This document shows, piece by piece, positions 9,859-19,224 of a stretch of 64,000 nt of DNA. This stretch comes from Candidatus Woesearchaeota archaeon (GTDB lineage Archaea > Nanobdellota > Nanobdellia > UBA10117 > JABICX01). Location: positions 9,332 to 73,331 of the forward strand of contig JABHLG010000009.1 of NCBI GenBank assembly GCA_018692915.1, written 5' to 3'. Below the pieces are notes generated by a model, which saw nothing but the letters and a program-made list of their open reading frames with translations, was not told the DNA's origin and ran no database searches. The position numbers and the translations under genes are program-made. Numbering within the stretch: the first letter of the stretch is position 1; each line of letters opens with the position of its first letter.

Positions 9859-10497
9859 TTATTTTGTAATCATTAAATAATTCTTAATGGCGTCCGCTTT
9901 TGCATTAATTTTATTAAGATATTTTTCTAATTGAGGTTTTACTTGCAGCTCTTTTGCATCTAAGAATTCTGTGTGTTTTTCTTCATTCTCTAACATTCTA
10001 ATTAAATCTTTTTTAGCAAATCCTGCTCGCTCTACAATATTAGATGGTAAATCAAGAAGTCCTCTAAGATTATCATATGTTTTAATTCGATAAACTTCAT
10101 CATGAGGACAAAGACATTTATTTATTCCCATTCTTGGATGTCGATTAGCTATTTCTTCAATAGGTATTGCACAGTCTTGTTCAGCATTACCAACATAATC
10201 AGCACAATTAAAACTTCCAATAAATTTATCAGAACTTCCATCGTTAGTTATGTATCTAAACGCACAATCTTCACAATTTTCATTTGTTGTTTCTCCATTT
10301 TTTACAACAACCATATTTTTTTTAAAGAATCCATTATCGCCATGTAAAAAAAGCTTGCCATCAATAATCAAACCTTCGTCAGTTTGTTCTATTGGAACTT
10401 TCTCCATTGTTCCATTTAGGTATTTATCCTCAGTTTCATTTTCAACAGGAAGACCTGTTTTTTCAGCTAGTTGTTCTAGCACCTCATTAAATTTCAT
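9859..10497 (-). CDS. hypothetical Cys-rich protein (212 aa)
   Basis: ORF track entry. Cysteines: CEDC ... NCADY ... DCAI ... CLCPHDE. No family recognised. Confidence 0.55.
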   Translation of the reverse strand: MKFNEVLEQLAEKTGLPVENETEDKYLNGTMEKVPIEQTDEGLIIDGKLFLHGDNGFFKKNMVVVKNGETTNENCEDCAFRYITNDGSSDKFIGSFNCADYVGNAEQDCAIPIEEIANRHPRMGINKCLCPHDEVYRIKTYDNLRGLLDLPSNIVERAGFAKKDLIRMLENEEKHTEFLDAKELQVKPQLEKYLNKINAKADAIKNYLMITK

Positions 10498-10555
10498 TTT
10501 GTTATCTCTTATTTACACTTATTTCATCAAAAATTTCTGTGCGAAATTTTCGTGC

Positions 10556-10577
10556 TCTGATAACTTACGTCATCAGA
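10556..10577. promoter_or_regulatory. inverted repeat TCTGAT-N10-ATCAGA in the divergent intergenic region between the unknown operon and the Lrp gene
   Basis: The repeat is seen directly in the sequence as tctgataacttacgtcatcaga. It could be an Lrp/AsnC-type operator. Confidence 0.25.
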
Positions 10578-10679
10578 ATGTGTATTATCTATAAGTAGTT
10601 ACGACACTATATAAGAGTTATTAGGAAAAAGGGCTTAAAATAAGCGTAAAACTTATAAATATGGCTCATTATACATTAT

Positions 10680-11177
10680 ATGGAAAATGTTGGTATTGTA
10701 TATGGTGTTGAGCAGAAAGTTGATGCTAAAGATAAGAAAATCCTAAAAGTGCTTTTTGAAGATGGTAGAATGAGCATTGCAGATATTGCAACTAAAACAA
10801 GATTACGACGAGACTCTGTTGCTCGTCGGCTGAAAAAACTAAGGAAAGACAAAGTAATTACGGGATTTGTGCCTGTAATAAATCCTCCTGCTTTAGGATA
10901 TCCAAATATTGCATTAATGTTATTTAGAGTTAAAACTGGAAATGAATCTGCTAAAAAGAAGTTCCAAGATAAGCTCGTAGGTAATAAATTTATTCTTCAC
11001 ATTTCTAAATTGATTGGAAAGTTTGATTTTAATTGTGCAGTTATTTATGAAAACACGAATCATCTTAATCAGATTGTTGAAGAAATCAAAACTTATGTGC
11101 CTAATTTCATAGATAATTTTGAGTTATTCCAAGTTGTTGATGAACCAAAATTTGAGAAGATGAGTGATTTGTTATAA
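10680..11177 (+). CDS. Lrp/AsnC-family transcriptional regulator
   Basis: N-terminal HTH (KILKVLFEDGRMSIADIATKTRLRRDSVARRLKKL) followed by a RAM-like C-terminal domain. Confidence 0.8.
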   Translation: MENVGIVYGVEQKVDAKDKKILKVLFEDGRMSIADIATKTRLRRDSVARRLKKLRKDKVITGFVPVINPPALGYPNIALMLFRVKTGNESAKKKFQDKLVGNKFILHISKLIGKFDFNCAVIYENTNHLNQIVEEIKTYVPNFIDNFELFQVVDEPKFEKMSDLL

Positions 11178-11453
11178 TTCACAAACTGCGATTAAAGGTA
11201 TTTGATTTTTAGACAATTTTATATCTGAGTTGTCTTCATTTAAATCTAAGTCATGCTTTCGAATTAATTTTATTAACTCATTTCCATCATATAAAGGTCC
11301 ACCTAATTGTGCAATGTCTTCCATTATAGGTTTTACCTTATCACTATCTTCCCTATGATTTTTAAGATATTCATCTTCATATCTAAAACTATATTCCTTG
11401 CTAGGATCTATTTTAATTGCTATTACTATCGCCTCCAAGTACATATAATACAA
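11172..11453 (-). CDS. hypothetical protein (93 aa)
   Basis: ORF track entry. Confidence 0.35.
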   Translation of the reverse strand: MYYMYLEAIVIAIKIDPSKEYSFRYEDEYLKNHREDSDKVKPIMEDIAQLGGPLYDGNELIKLIRKHDLDLNEDNSDIKLSKNQIPLIAVCEL

Positions 11454-11526
11454 AAAACTTTTAAAACTTATGAATTTATTGAAAATCGAATATTTTCAAT
11501 TCCGCAAAGGAGTTAACTCCTTGGCA

Positions 11527-12777
11527 TTATAAAATACAATCTTGTTTTTTCTCAGAGTGGACACTAGAAGCATGTAAGTCGGTTATATGATGTTTATGTG
11601 CAAGTGATCTTCCCCTAGCCATTATACCTTTTTTAACAAAGAATAAGAAAAGTGCAACTAATAATGCAAATGTGCTAGCGCCCCAAAGAACAACTTTAAT
11701 TGTATAAATATCTGCTAAATAACCTGCAAATATTGTAACTAAACCCACAGTAATTGCATTTGCTGCTCTAAATAAACCAGTTGTTCCACCATGCTCTTTA
11801 CGTGGAGTTAAATGTGAAATTCTAGCTATGAGTGGGTTCCATTCCATATTAAATCCAATACCCATTGTTGCACGCGTAATTGTAAATCCAACAAAATCTT
11901 TGAATAACAAAAAGGCATATCCTGAAGCCCAAACTAAAAAGAATCCAGGTATTATTATATATTTTGATGGGAACTTATCAATTGCTTTTCCAATAGGATA
12001 TTGAGTAAGCATACTAACTAAATATGTAACTGAAAGTAATACTCCTATGCTTTGAATTGATATACCAATACTTCTAAGATAAATTGGCATATATACATAC
12101 CAAATACACCATGCAATATTATGCAAAACACCTATTGTAGCAAGTGTACGAAATTTATGCATATTAATTAAATGTTTATATTCGTAAGCAACATCCTTCT
12201 CTAGCCGTTCTAAAGTTTCATGAGATTTCTTTCCATAATCTTTTACTACAAAACTAATAAACACAATATTAAGAACGCCAATAAACGCTGCAAGATAAAA
12301 CAAGTGTGTAAAACCATAATATGCAATAATTAATCCGCCAATAAATGGTGCAATAACATTACCAATACCTATAATCATATTTGCATGTGCCATTTCTTTA
12401 CCTTCATTACCATGTTTTATTGTATCATAAATATACGCCCAGAAAGCTATCCAAAAGAGCGCGCCAAAAACTTCTACAACTAATTTCATTCCAATAAAAT
12501 GCGCAGTTGTTGATGAAAATATAACACCTAACGCAAAAAGTGGGTATCCGATAGCTCCAATCAACATTAATGGACGACGGCCAACTCTATCTGCCATAGT
12601 TCCAATTGGAAACCGAATAATCCCTGCAATCATTGCACCAAAAGCAAAAACCAGTCCAATATTTACCAAACTTATGCCCATGCTATCAAGATAAATTGGA
12701 AGAAAGTTAGCTACAAGCGCAAAACTAAGAACTATATTAAGCCCACATATTGCCCTAATAATTAGATTTCTATTCAT
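11527..12777 (-). CDS. MFS transporter
   Basis: Twelve-TM hydrophobic profile and the MADRVGRRP motif in loop 2-3. Confidence 0.85.
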   Translation of the reverse strand: MNRNLIIRAICGLNIVLSFALVANFLPIYLDSMGISLVNIGLVFAFGAMIAGIIRFPIGTMADRVGRRPLMLIGAIGYPLFALGVIFSSTTAHFIGMKLVVEVFGALFWIAFWAYIYDTIKHGNEGKEMAHANMIIGIGNVIAPFIGGLIIAYYGFTHLFYLAAFIGVLNIVFISFVVKDYGKKSHETLERLEKDVAYEYKHLINMHKFRTLATIGVLHNIAWCIWYVYMPIYLRSIGISIQSIGVLLSVTYLVSMLTQYPIGKAIDKFPSKYIIIPGFFLVWASGYAFLLFKDFVGFTITRATMGIGFNMEWNPLIARISHLTPRKEHGGTTGLFRAANAITVGLVTIFAGYLADIYTIKVVLWGASTFALLVALFLFFVKKGIMARGRSLAHKHHITDLHASSVHSEKKQDCIL

Positions 12778-12804
12778 ATAGTAAGATATCTCTCTAGTAT
12801 ATAA

Positions 12805-13356
12805 TTATTTCTTAGAATACTCTTGGAAAAGCTGAACTTCTTTCTTAGGTTTTGCAAAGCAGCTTGGATCTAAATCAGATAATCTTATTGTAACAACATT
12901 TATTCCAATTTCTTCAAGTTCATTTGCATCCCTATAATCGAAAGCCCAATCAACATATGTTCTATCATTTTCTTTTGTTGCTTCATTAAAATATACTTCA
13001 CCAACATAACTTAATTTTTTTCCAAGGAAAAATTTAGCATCTTCAAATTCACTCAATCGATGTTTATCATATATATTAAATGTATATATCTCATTAATTC
13101 CTTTTCCTAATATTTTTTCTTTAACATATTCATCAGTAACTGGTGCTATAAATGTATAATCAAATTCAGTATAATCTAATGCATTATGAACTTCTTCTAA
13201 TTCTTCATTTTCATATTTATGAATCGATAGACAACCATCAATCTCTTCTCGAGTTAAATAATCTACTTGGTATCTTAAAATTATATATTTGCCTTCGAAG
13301 TCTTCAGGTAGCAACTTACGTCCTTCTTGCTCAATGATTTTTAATAATTCATTCAT
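12805..13356 (-). CDS. hypothetical acidic protein (183 aa)
   Basis: ORF track entry. Confidence 0.45.
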   Translation of the reverse strand: MNELLKIIEQEGRKLLPEDFEGKYIILRYQVDYLTREEIDGCLSIHKYENEELEEVHNALDYTEFDYTFIAPVTDEYVKEKILGKGINEIYTFNIYDKHRLSEFEDAKFFLGKKLSYVGEVYFNEATKENDRTYVDWAFDYRDANELEEIGINVVTIRLSDLDPSCFAKPKKEVQLFQEYSKK

Positions 13357-13389
13357 AAATGATAAAGAAAAATAGTCTTAAAAAGCTTA

Positions 13390-14034
13390 CTAAGCAGAAT
13401 CTATTGCTTTGATAGTTGGATCGATTATCTTATGTAGCTCATTGTAGCCATAAGATGAATCAATATCAGTAAGAATATTTTGTTTTTTGTAATATTCAAT
13501 AACTGGCTTGACTTGTTTTTTGTAAACATCTAATCGTTTTTTGATTGCATCTGGCTTATCATCATCTCTCTGAACTAATTTACCACCACATTCATCACAA
13601 ATTCCTGCTTCTTTTGGTTTTTTAATCGTATTAATATTATATCCTTTATCGCATTTTGAGCAAGACATCCTACCTCCAAGCCGTTCTAAAATTACTTTTG
13701 TTGAAGCAAAATAATTTATTACTGTATCAATTTTCATTGACTTGTCCAGCAATTTTGCTTGTTCTAAATTTCGAGGATAACCATCTAAAATAAAGCCATT
13801 CTTACAATCAGGTTTTTGTAAGCGATTTTTAATCATTATATCAATAATCTCATTTGGAACCAACACACCTTTATCCATATACGCTTTTGCTTTCTTGCCA
13901 ATAGCACTTGATGCTGCAACTTCGGCTCTAAGTAAATCACCTGAAGAAATTGTTGGGATACTGTAGTGCATAGCTACACGATTTGCATTAGTTCCTTTTC
14001 CAACACCTGCTGATCCGAGAAATATTATATTCAT
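13390..14034 (-). CDS. adk: adenylate kinase (long type, Zn-binding LID)
   Basis: P-loop GSAGVGKGT, and a LID with CSKCDK ... CDECGG. Confidence 0.85.
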   Translation of the reverse strand: MNIIFLGSAGVGKGTNANRVAMHYSIPTISSGDLLRAEVAASSAIGKKAKAYMDKGVLVPNEIIDIMIKNRLQKPDCKNGFILDGYPRNLEQAKLLDKSMKIDTVINYFASTKVILERLGGRMSCSKCDKGYNINTIKKPKEAGICDECGGKLVQRDDDKPDAIKKRLDVYKKQVKPVIEYYKKQNILTDIDSSYGYNELHKIIDPTIKAIDSA

Positions 14035-14073
14035 ATTTTTTTCTTAAACTTACTCCTTAAATAGTTTCTTTAA

Positions 14074-14880
14074 TTAGATAAAATCATTTAGCATTTTATT
14101 TATGTTGACTTTTAGTGATTGCTTAACTAAAGGCGTTTTTGAGATTTGAGGTTCTTGTTCATCATATGTCTTTCTTTTAATTTGATATAAAACGCCAAGA
14201 GGTAACTTACTACTTTCTGCAATTTCAATTGCTTTATATTTGTTTTTTTGTGTTTTAATTTGCTTTGTGTTTTTATTAAACCATTGTATATCATTATGTT
14301 TGTTAAAACTTGGACACAACTGAAGAACATTAACTAACGAAAATCCTTTATGTTTTATAGCTTGTTTTATTGTATCTGCAAGTTTTAAATTATAAGAAGC
14401 TCCTTGAGATACAAATGTAGCTCCTTGTGTTATAGCAAGAGTTAATGGATTTACAGGTTGTTCTAGCGCACCAAAGGGTGTTGAATTTGTTTTCATTCCT
14501 TGTGGACTTGTTGGAGAAGTTTGCCCACGAGTTAGACCATAAACAGAATTATCTTGAGTAATATATGTCAAATTAATATTTCTTCGACATGAATGCAAAA
14601 AGTGGTTTCCACCAATACCATAAGCATCACCATCTCCTGCAACAACAATAATATGTAATTTGTTATTTGCAAGCTTTGCTCCAGTTGCAACAGGCAGTGC
14701 TCTTCCATGTATGCCTTCAAATCCATATGCTTTTACATAATGGGGCATCTTACTACCACAACCAATTCCCGATACAATAAGAACATCTTTGCTAGGTATT
14801 TTAAGTTCTTGTAGTGATTTTCGTATAGCTGCAAGTATCATATAATCCCCACAGCCTGGACACCAAGTTGGAATTTTCAT
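14074..14880 (-). CDS. porB: 2-oxoacid (pyruvate):ferredoxin oxidoreductase beta subunit (TPP-binding)
   Basis: WCPGCGD near the N-terminus plus the GDG..YGIGGNH TPP motif. Confidence 0.85.
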   Translation of the reverse strand: MKIPTWCPGCGDYMILAAIRKSLQELKIPSKDVLIVSGIGCGSKMPHYVKAYGFEGIHGRALPVATGAKLANNKLHIIVVAGDGDAYGIGGNHFLHSCRRNINLTYITQDNSVYGLTRGQTSPTSPQGMKTNSTPFGALEQPVNPLTLAITQGATFVSQGASYNLKLADTIKQAIKHKGFSLVNVLQLCPSFNKHNDIQWFNKNTKQIKTQKNKYKAIEIAESSKLPLGVLYQIKRKTYDEQEPQISKTPLVKQSLKVNINKMLNDFI

Positions 14881-16595
14881 ACTAATTTACTAATCTCCTT
14901 AGCAAGATTTTCTGGGTCAAATGGTCGACCATCATATTTGAGTATTTTATGTTTAACTTCAATTCCTGTTTCTTTTCTAATCAACTGAGATAATTGTGAA
15001 GTTTTATTTCCTTCAACAACAATCAAATTCTTTTTTGAAAGTTTGTTAAAAAACTTTATTGGAAATGGACTTATAAAACTAAGATGTATATGTGCAAAGT
15101 CTTTCTTACAAATTTTGCGCGCTTCTCTAACAACTCCTTTAGTTGAGCCCCAACTTACAACAACATTGTTAGAATTTCCAAATAATTTTGGTTCAGATAA
15201 TTCTTTTGCTAACACTTCAAATTTTTGATAACGTTTATCTGTCATAGCAATTTTATTTTCTTTGTCTTCACATTCAGCACCATATTCATCATGTTCATAA
15301 CTACTTGCAACAAATTCACCCTTACTTGTTCCAGGTAAAGTTCTTGGACTAATTCCATCTTTTGTAATTAAATATCGTTTATAATTTTTAGCACCTTTTG
15401 ATATTTTACCTCTATCAATTTTAATTGGTTTTGAGAATAGATTAAGAGAAAAATTATGAACACTTGAATGTGCTGTTGACAAAAACTTATCAACAAGAAT
15501 TACAACAGGAAGCTGATATTTTTCAGCAATATTAAATGCTTGTTGCGTTAAGTAAAAACATTCGTTAACATCTCCTGGAGCAATTACAACTCTTGGAAAA
15601 CTATCTTGAGATGAATATAATGCAAATTGCAAATCTCCTTGTCCACTTCTTGTTGCTAAACCTGTAGCAGGTCCAGGTCTCTGAGAAACTGCAATAACAA
15701 CAGGAGTTTCAGTTTGAGCAGCAAGTCCTAATCCTTCAGACATTAATGCAAATCCTCCTCCAGATGTGCAAGTCATTGAACGAACGCCTGTAAAACCCGC
15801 GCCAATTGCCATATTTATTGACGCAATTTCATCTTCAGTGTGCTTTACAATTATATTATAATCTCTAGAATATTTTGCCATACCTGTAAGTATTGAAGTT
15901 GCAGGTGTCATTGGATATGCAGATATAAATTTACAACCTGCCTTAATCGCACCAGCAACAATTGCATCATTACCTGATATAAATATTCTATCTTCTTTTT
16001 TCCAAGCTGAACTTTGTTCAGCGTGGCCACGCAAATCTTTTGATTTGCTCGGCATTGGAGAAAGTTTGATATCAAATTTGAAATTATTTTTTGCAAAATC
16101 CCATCCAGCTTTTGCTGCTTTAATATTTGCATTAATTATTTTTTTATCTTTGTGTGCAAAAGTTTCTCTAAGAAGATTATTTAATTGTTTTAAATCTAAT
16201 CCAACAAGACCTAATGTTGCACCAATTGCAACTATATTTTGATAAAGAATATTACCTAAATCTTTTGCAATGTCTTGCATAGGAATTGCATAACATTTTC
16301 CTCTTACAATTTTACTTAAAGAAACATCACATAAAACTGCTGATGAACTTTTATTGTGCTTTACAATTGTTTCTTTGTCAAGAGCTAACAACAAATCAAC
16401 GTTGCTACTATGTGAATAAACATTTTCATCACTAACACTAACATTAAGATAATTATGTCCACCACGAATTAAAGAAGGATATTCTGCATAACTAAAAACT
16501 TTCAAACCGTCGCGTAAACATGCTTTTGCAAAAATTTGACCAATATTTATAATCCCCTTTCCTGCTTCTCCACCAATCCGCCAATTAAATTTCAT
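14877..16595 (-). CDS. porA: 2-oxoacid:ferredoxin oxidoreductase alpha subunit (fused gamma-alpha domains)
   Basis: The N-terminal gamma-like domain (GGEAGKGI) is followed by an alpha domain. It overlaps the beta-subunit gene by 4 nt. Confidence 0.85.
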   Translation of the reverse strand: MKFNWRIGGEAGKGIINIGQIFAKACLRDGLKVFSYAEYPSLIRGGHNYLNVSVSDENVYSHSSNVDLLLALDKETIVKHNKSSSAVLCDVSLSKIVRGKCYAIPMQDIAKDLGNILYQNIVAIGATLGLVGLDLKQLNNLLRETFAHKDKKIINANIKAAKAGWDFAKNNFKFDIKLSPMPSKSKDLRGHAEQSSAWKKEDRIFISGNDAIVAGAIKAGCKFISAYPMTPATSILTGMAKYSRDYNIIVKHTEDEIASINMAIGAGFTGVRSMTCTSGGGFALMSEGLGLAAQTETPVVIAVSQRPGPATGLATRSGQGDLQFALYSSQDSFPRVVIAPGDVNECFYLTQQAFNIAEKYQLPVVILVDKFLSTAHSSVHNFSLNLFSKPIKIDRGKISKGAKNYKRYLITKDGISPRTLPGTSKGEFVASSYEHDEYGAECEDKENKIAMTDKRYQKFEVLAKELSEPKLFGNSNNVVVSWGSTKGVVREARKICKKDFAHIHLSFISPFPIKFFNKLSKKNLIVVEGNKTSQLSQLIRKETGIEVKHKILKYDGRPFDPENLAKEISKLV

Positions 16596-17826
16596 TGTCT
16601 CTTATTTCTGTTTCTTGTCGTATTATAAAATATTTATCTTTTGGAATATCTTTATCAACAACAACATCTGGACCAATTATTGTATTTACTCCAATCCGTA
16701 TGCCTGGCATAATAGAAACATTAACTCCCGTCTTAACATTACTTCCAATAATACATCCAAAATGATTTCTTCCCGTATCAATTAAATTGTCTCCAACTTT
16801 AATTTTAACAGTCTTAGTATCAAACCGATAATTTGCAGTGATGGTTCCAGCAGCAATATTACAATTATCCATAATTATACTATCACCTACAAAACTTTGA
16901 TGTGTATTTGTATTGTCTCCAACATAACTATATTTTAATTCAGATGAAAATCCCATAACACAACCCTCTCCAACATGTGTATAATTCCACATAAAAACAT
17001 TATTACCAATTATACTATTTTTACCAATATAACATGGGCCTTTTATTACAGCATTCTCAAACACTTTAACACCGTCTTCAATAATTACTTTTCCAATAAT
17101 TTCTGCACTCTTTGCAATACTTGCTTTTGTTGAAATTCTTGCTTCTGCTTTATCTAAGAAATAATTTCTTATTTCAAAAATATGCCATGGAAATTTAATT
17201 GAACCCCAAAAACCATTATATTTTGAAACCCTATAATCATAATCTTCTTTTATCATATCATCCATTGCAACTTCATACTGGTCATCTTTATCGGTTTTCG
17301 CTGCTTTCATACATCTTACTAATTCGGGAAATTTTCTATGAATATGAACAACAATATTTACTAAATTACTTGGTTCGTTTCCAGCACCAGGCTTCTCAAT
17401 TATACCTTGCATTTTATCGCCCTTAACAATCAAATAACCTCCGGGAAAATATTCTTTAACTTCATATCCCAATATTACAGAATCACCTTTTGTATCAATT
17501 ACATTTTTGTAAGCTTCTTCATCAAACACATCATTTGCACTAACAATTAAAACTTGTTCTGGAATATTTTTAATACTTAATAACGCATCGGCCATGCCTT
17601 TTGGCTTTTCTTGAACAACATATTCAATATTATCTCCACATAATTTCTTTAGTGTATTTATGTTTGTGGGATTACCAATAATTATTATATCTTTCAGCCC
17701 AACATTGTGTAACTTTTCGATTTGATGTAAAATTAATTCTTTACCAAGAAATTTAATTAAACATTTATCTTTCTTAATAGGTGCCATTCGTTTACCAACA
17801 CCACCTGTTAAAATTATAACTTTCAT
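16585..17826 (-). CDS. glmU: bifunctional sugar-1-phosphate nucleotidyltransferase / acetyltransferase (GlmU-like, left-handed beta-helix C-terminal domain)
   Basis: N-terminal MKVIILTGGVGKRM NTP-transferase motif. The C-terminus has hexapeptide repeats. Confidence 0.75.
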   Translation of the reverse strand: MKVIILTGGVGKRMAPIKKDKCLIKFLGKELILHQIEKLHNVGLKDIIIIGNPTNINTLKKLCGDNIEYVVQEKPKGMADALLSIKNIPEQVLIVSANDVFDEEAYKNVIDTKGDSVILGYEVKEYFPGGYLIVKGDKMQGIIEKPGAGNEPSNLVNIVVHIHRKFPELVRCMKAAKTDKDDQYEVAMDDMIKEDYDYRVSKYNGFWGSIKFPWHIFEIRNYFLDKAEARISTKASIAKSAEIIGKVIIEDGVKVFENAVIKGPCYIGKNSIIGNNVFMWNYTHVGEGCVMGFSSELKYSYVGDNTNTHQSFVGDSIIMDNCNIAAGTITANYRFDTKTVKIKVGDNLIDTGRNHFGCIIGSNVKTGVNVSIMPGIRIGVNTIIGPDVVVDKDIPKDKYFIIRQETEIRDNEI

Positions 17827-19166
17827 TTTGGTATTGTCTCCACAATTTTATCAACAAATATTTTTATTCTATCTAATCCTTCTTTTGTTGTGGATTCATA
17901 TGCAAAACCAATTTTTGGCTCTGTGTTTGACGTTCTAAAAAGCGCCCAACCATCATCAAAAATAATTTTAACACCATCAGTATCATCAACATTATGTCCC
18001 TCATTTTTAAGTTTGGTTTTAAGATTATCAATAAATCTAAATTTCTCTGAGTCTTTTATTGTAGCTCGATTTGCTTCAGATACTTCTGAAAAATATTCTG
18101 GAATTAATAATATCTCTTCTTCAATTGTTGTGTTATTATTAATTAAAAACTCCATTAATTTAATTGACGCTAGTAAAACGTCATCTTGATTAAAAGTTTC
18201 ATTAAAGAAATAATGTCCAGATACTTCTCCTGCAAAAACACCATTAACTGCACTAAGCATTCTCGCGATGTGTGTATGACCAACACGACATATTTCTAAT
18301 TCACCGCCATACTTTTCTACAGCATCAGATATCATTCTAGAACACATTACATCGTGCACTATTTTGCCACTATCACATTTAGATAACACTTGTTTTGTAA
18401 GCAAAACAAATAATATATTTGAATCAAGTAATTCTCCATCAGATTTAATAACAAACCATCTATCACCATCACCGTCGTAAATGAAACCTAAATCTGCTTT
18501 TTCTTCAACAACTTTCGCTTTTATTTGACTTAAACTTTTTATTGGGTCTGGTCCATGAACTGGAAATCTTCCATCAGGCTCGCAGAATAATTCAACAATA
18601 TCAAATCCAAGCTCTCTAAGGATATTTGAATAATACTTTCCTGAAGAACCATGTGAACCATCTAGAACAACCTTAAGTCGTTTATCTGATTCAAATTTTG
18701 AATTTTCTATTATGAATTTTTTATAATCTTCAAAAACATCTTTTTTAGTTATAATTCCTTGTCCTAATTTAAATAATTTAGTTTGAACTAATGCTTCAAT
18801 TTTATCGATTCCATTTTCATATGGGATAGATACAGCACCTTTTGTATAAAATTTAATTCCATTATAATTAGAAGGTGTATGTGAACCTGTAATCATTACA
18901 CCACCATCATATTTGTAAAAACCTGTTGCGAAAATCATCATTGTTGTGGATACAATTCCAATATCTATTACATTAGCTCCTGCACTTACTAAACCTAAAA
19001 TAAATTTATTTTTAATAGAGGGTGTGCTTAATCTAGAATCTCCACCAACAACAATTGTTCCGGGATTTATAGTCCCAAATGCTTTCCCAATATTCTCTGC
19101 AGTTTCTTCATTTAATTCACTTGGATAAACTCCACGAATATCATATGATTTATATATTCCTGCCAT
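17823..19166 (-). CDS. glmM: phosphoglucosamine mutase / phosphohexomutase
   Basis: GVMITGSHTPSNYNGIKF phosphoserine loop and DGDGDR metal loop. Confidence 0.85.
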   Translation of the reverse strand: MAGIYKSYDIRGVYPSELNEETAENIGKAFGTINPGTIVVGGDSRLSTPSIKNKFILGLVSAGANVIDIGIVSTTMMIFATGFYKYDGGVMITGSHTPSNYNGIKFYTKGAVSIPYENGIDKIEALVQTKLFKLGQGIITKKDVFEDYKKFIIENSKFESDKRLKVVLDGSHGSSGKYYSNILRELGFDIVELFCEPDGRFPVHGPDPIKSLSQIKAKVVEEKADLGFIYDGDGDRWFVIKSDGELLDSNILFVLLTKQVLSKCDSGKIVHDVMCSRMISDAVEKYGGELEICRVGHTHIARMLSAVNGVFAGEVSGHYFFNETFNQDDVLLASIKLMEFLINNNTTIEEEILLIPEYFSEVSEANRATIKDSEKFRFIDNLKTKLKNEGHNVDDTDGVKIIFDDGWALFRTSNTEPKIGFAYESTTKEGLDRIKIFVDKIVETIPK

Positions 19167-19224
19167 TTTAATCTCCGATTGAAACCCGCAAATTTAATTA
19201 ATAAATTTGTGCTGTTTTATCTTC

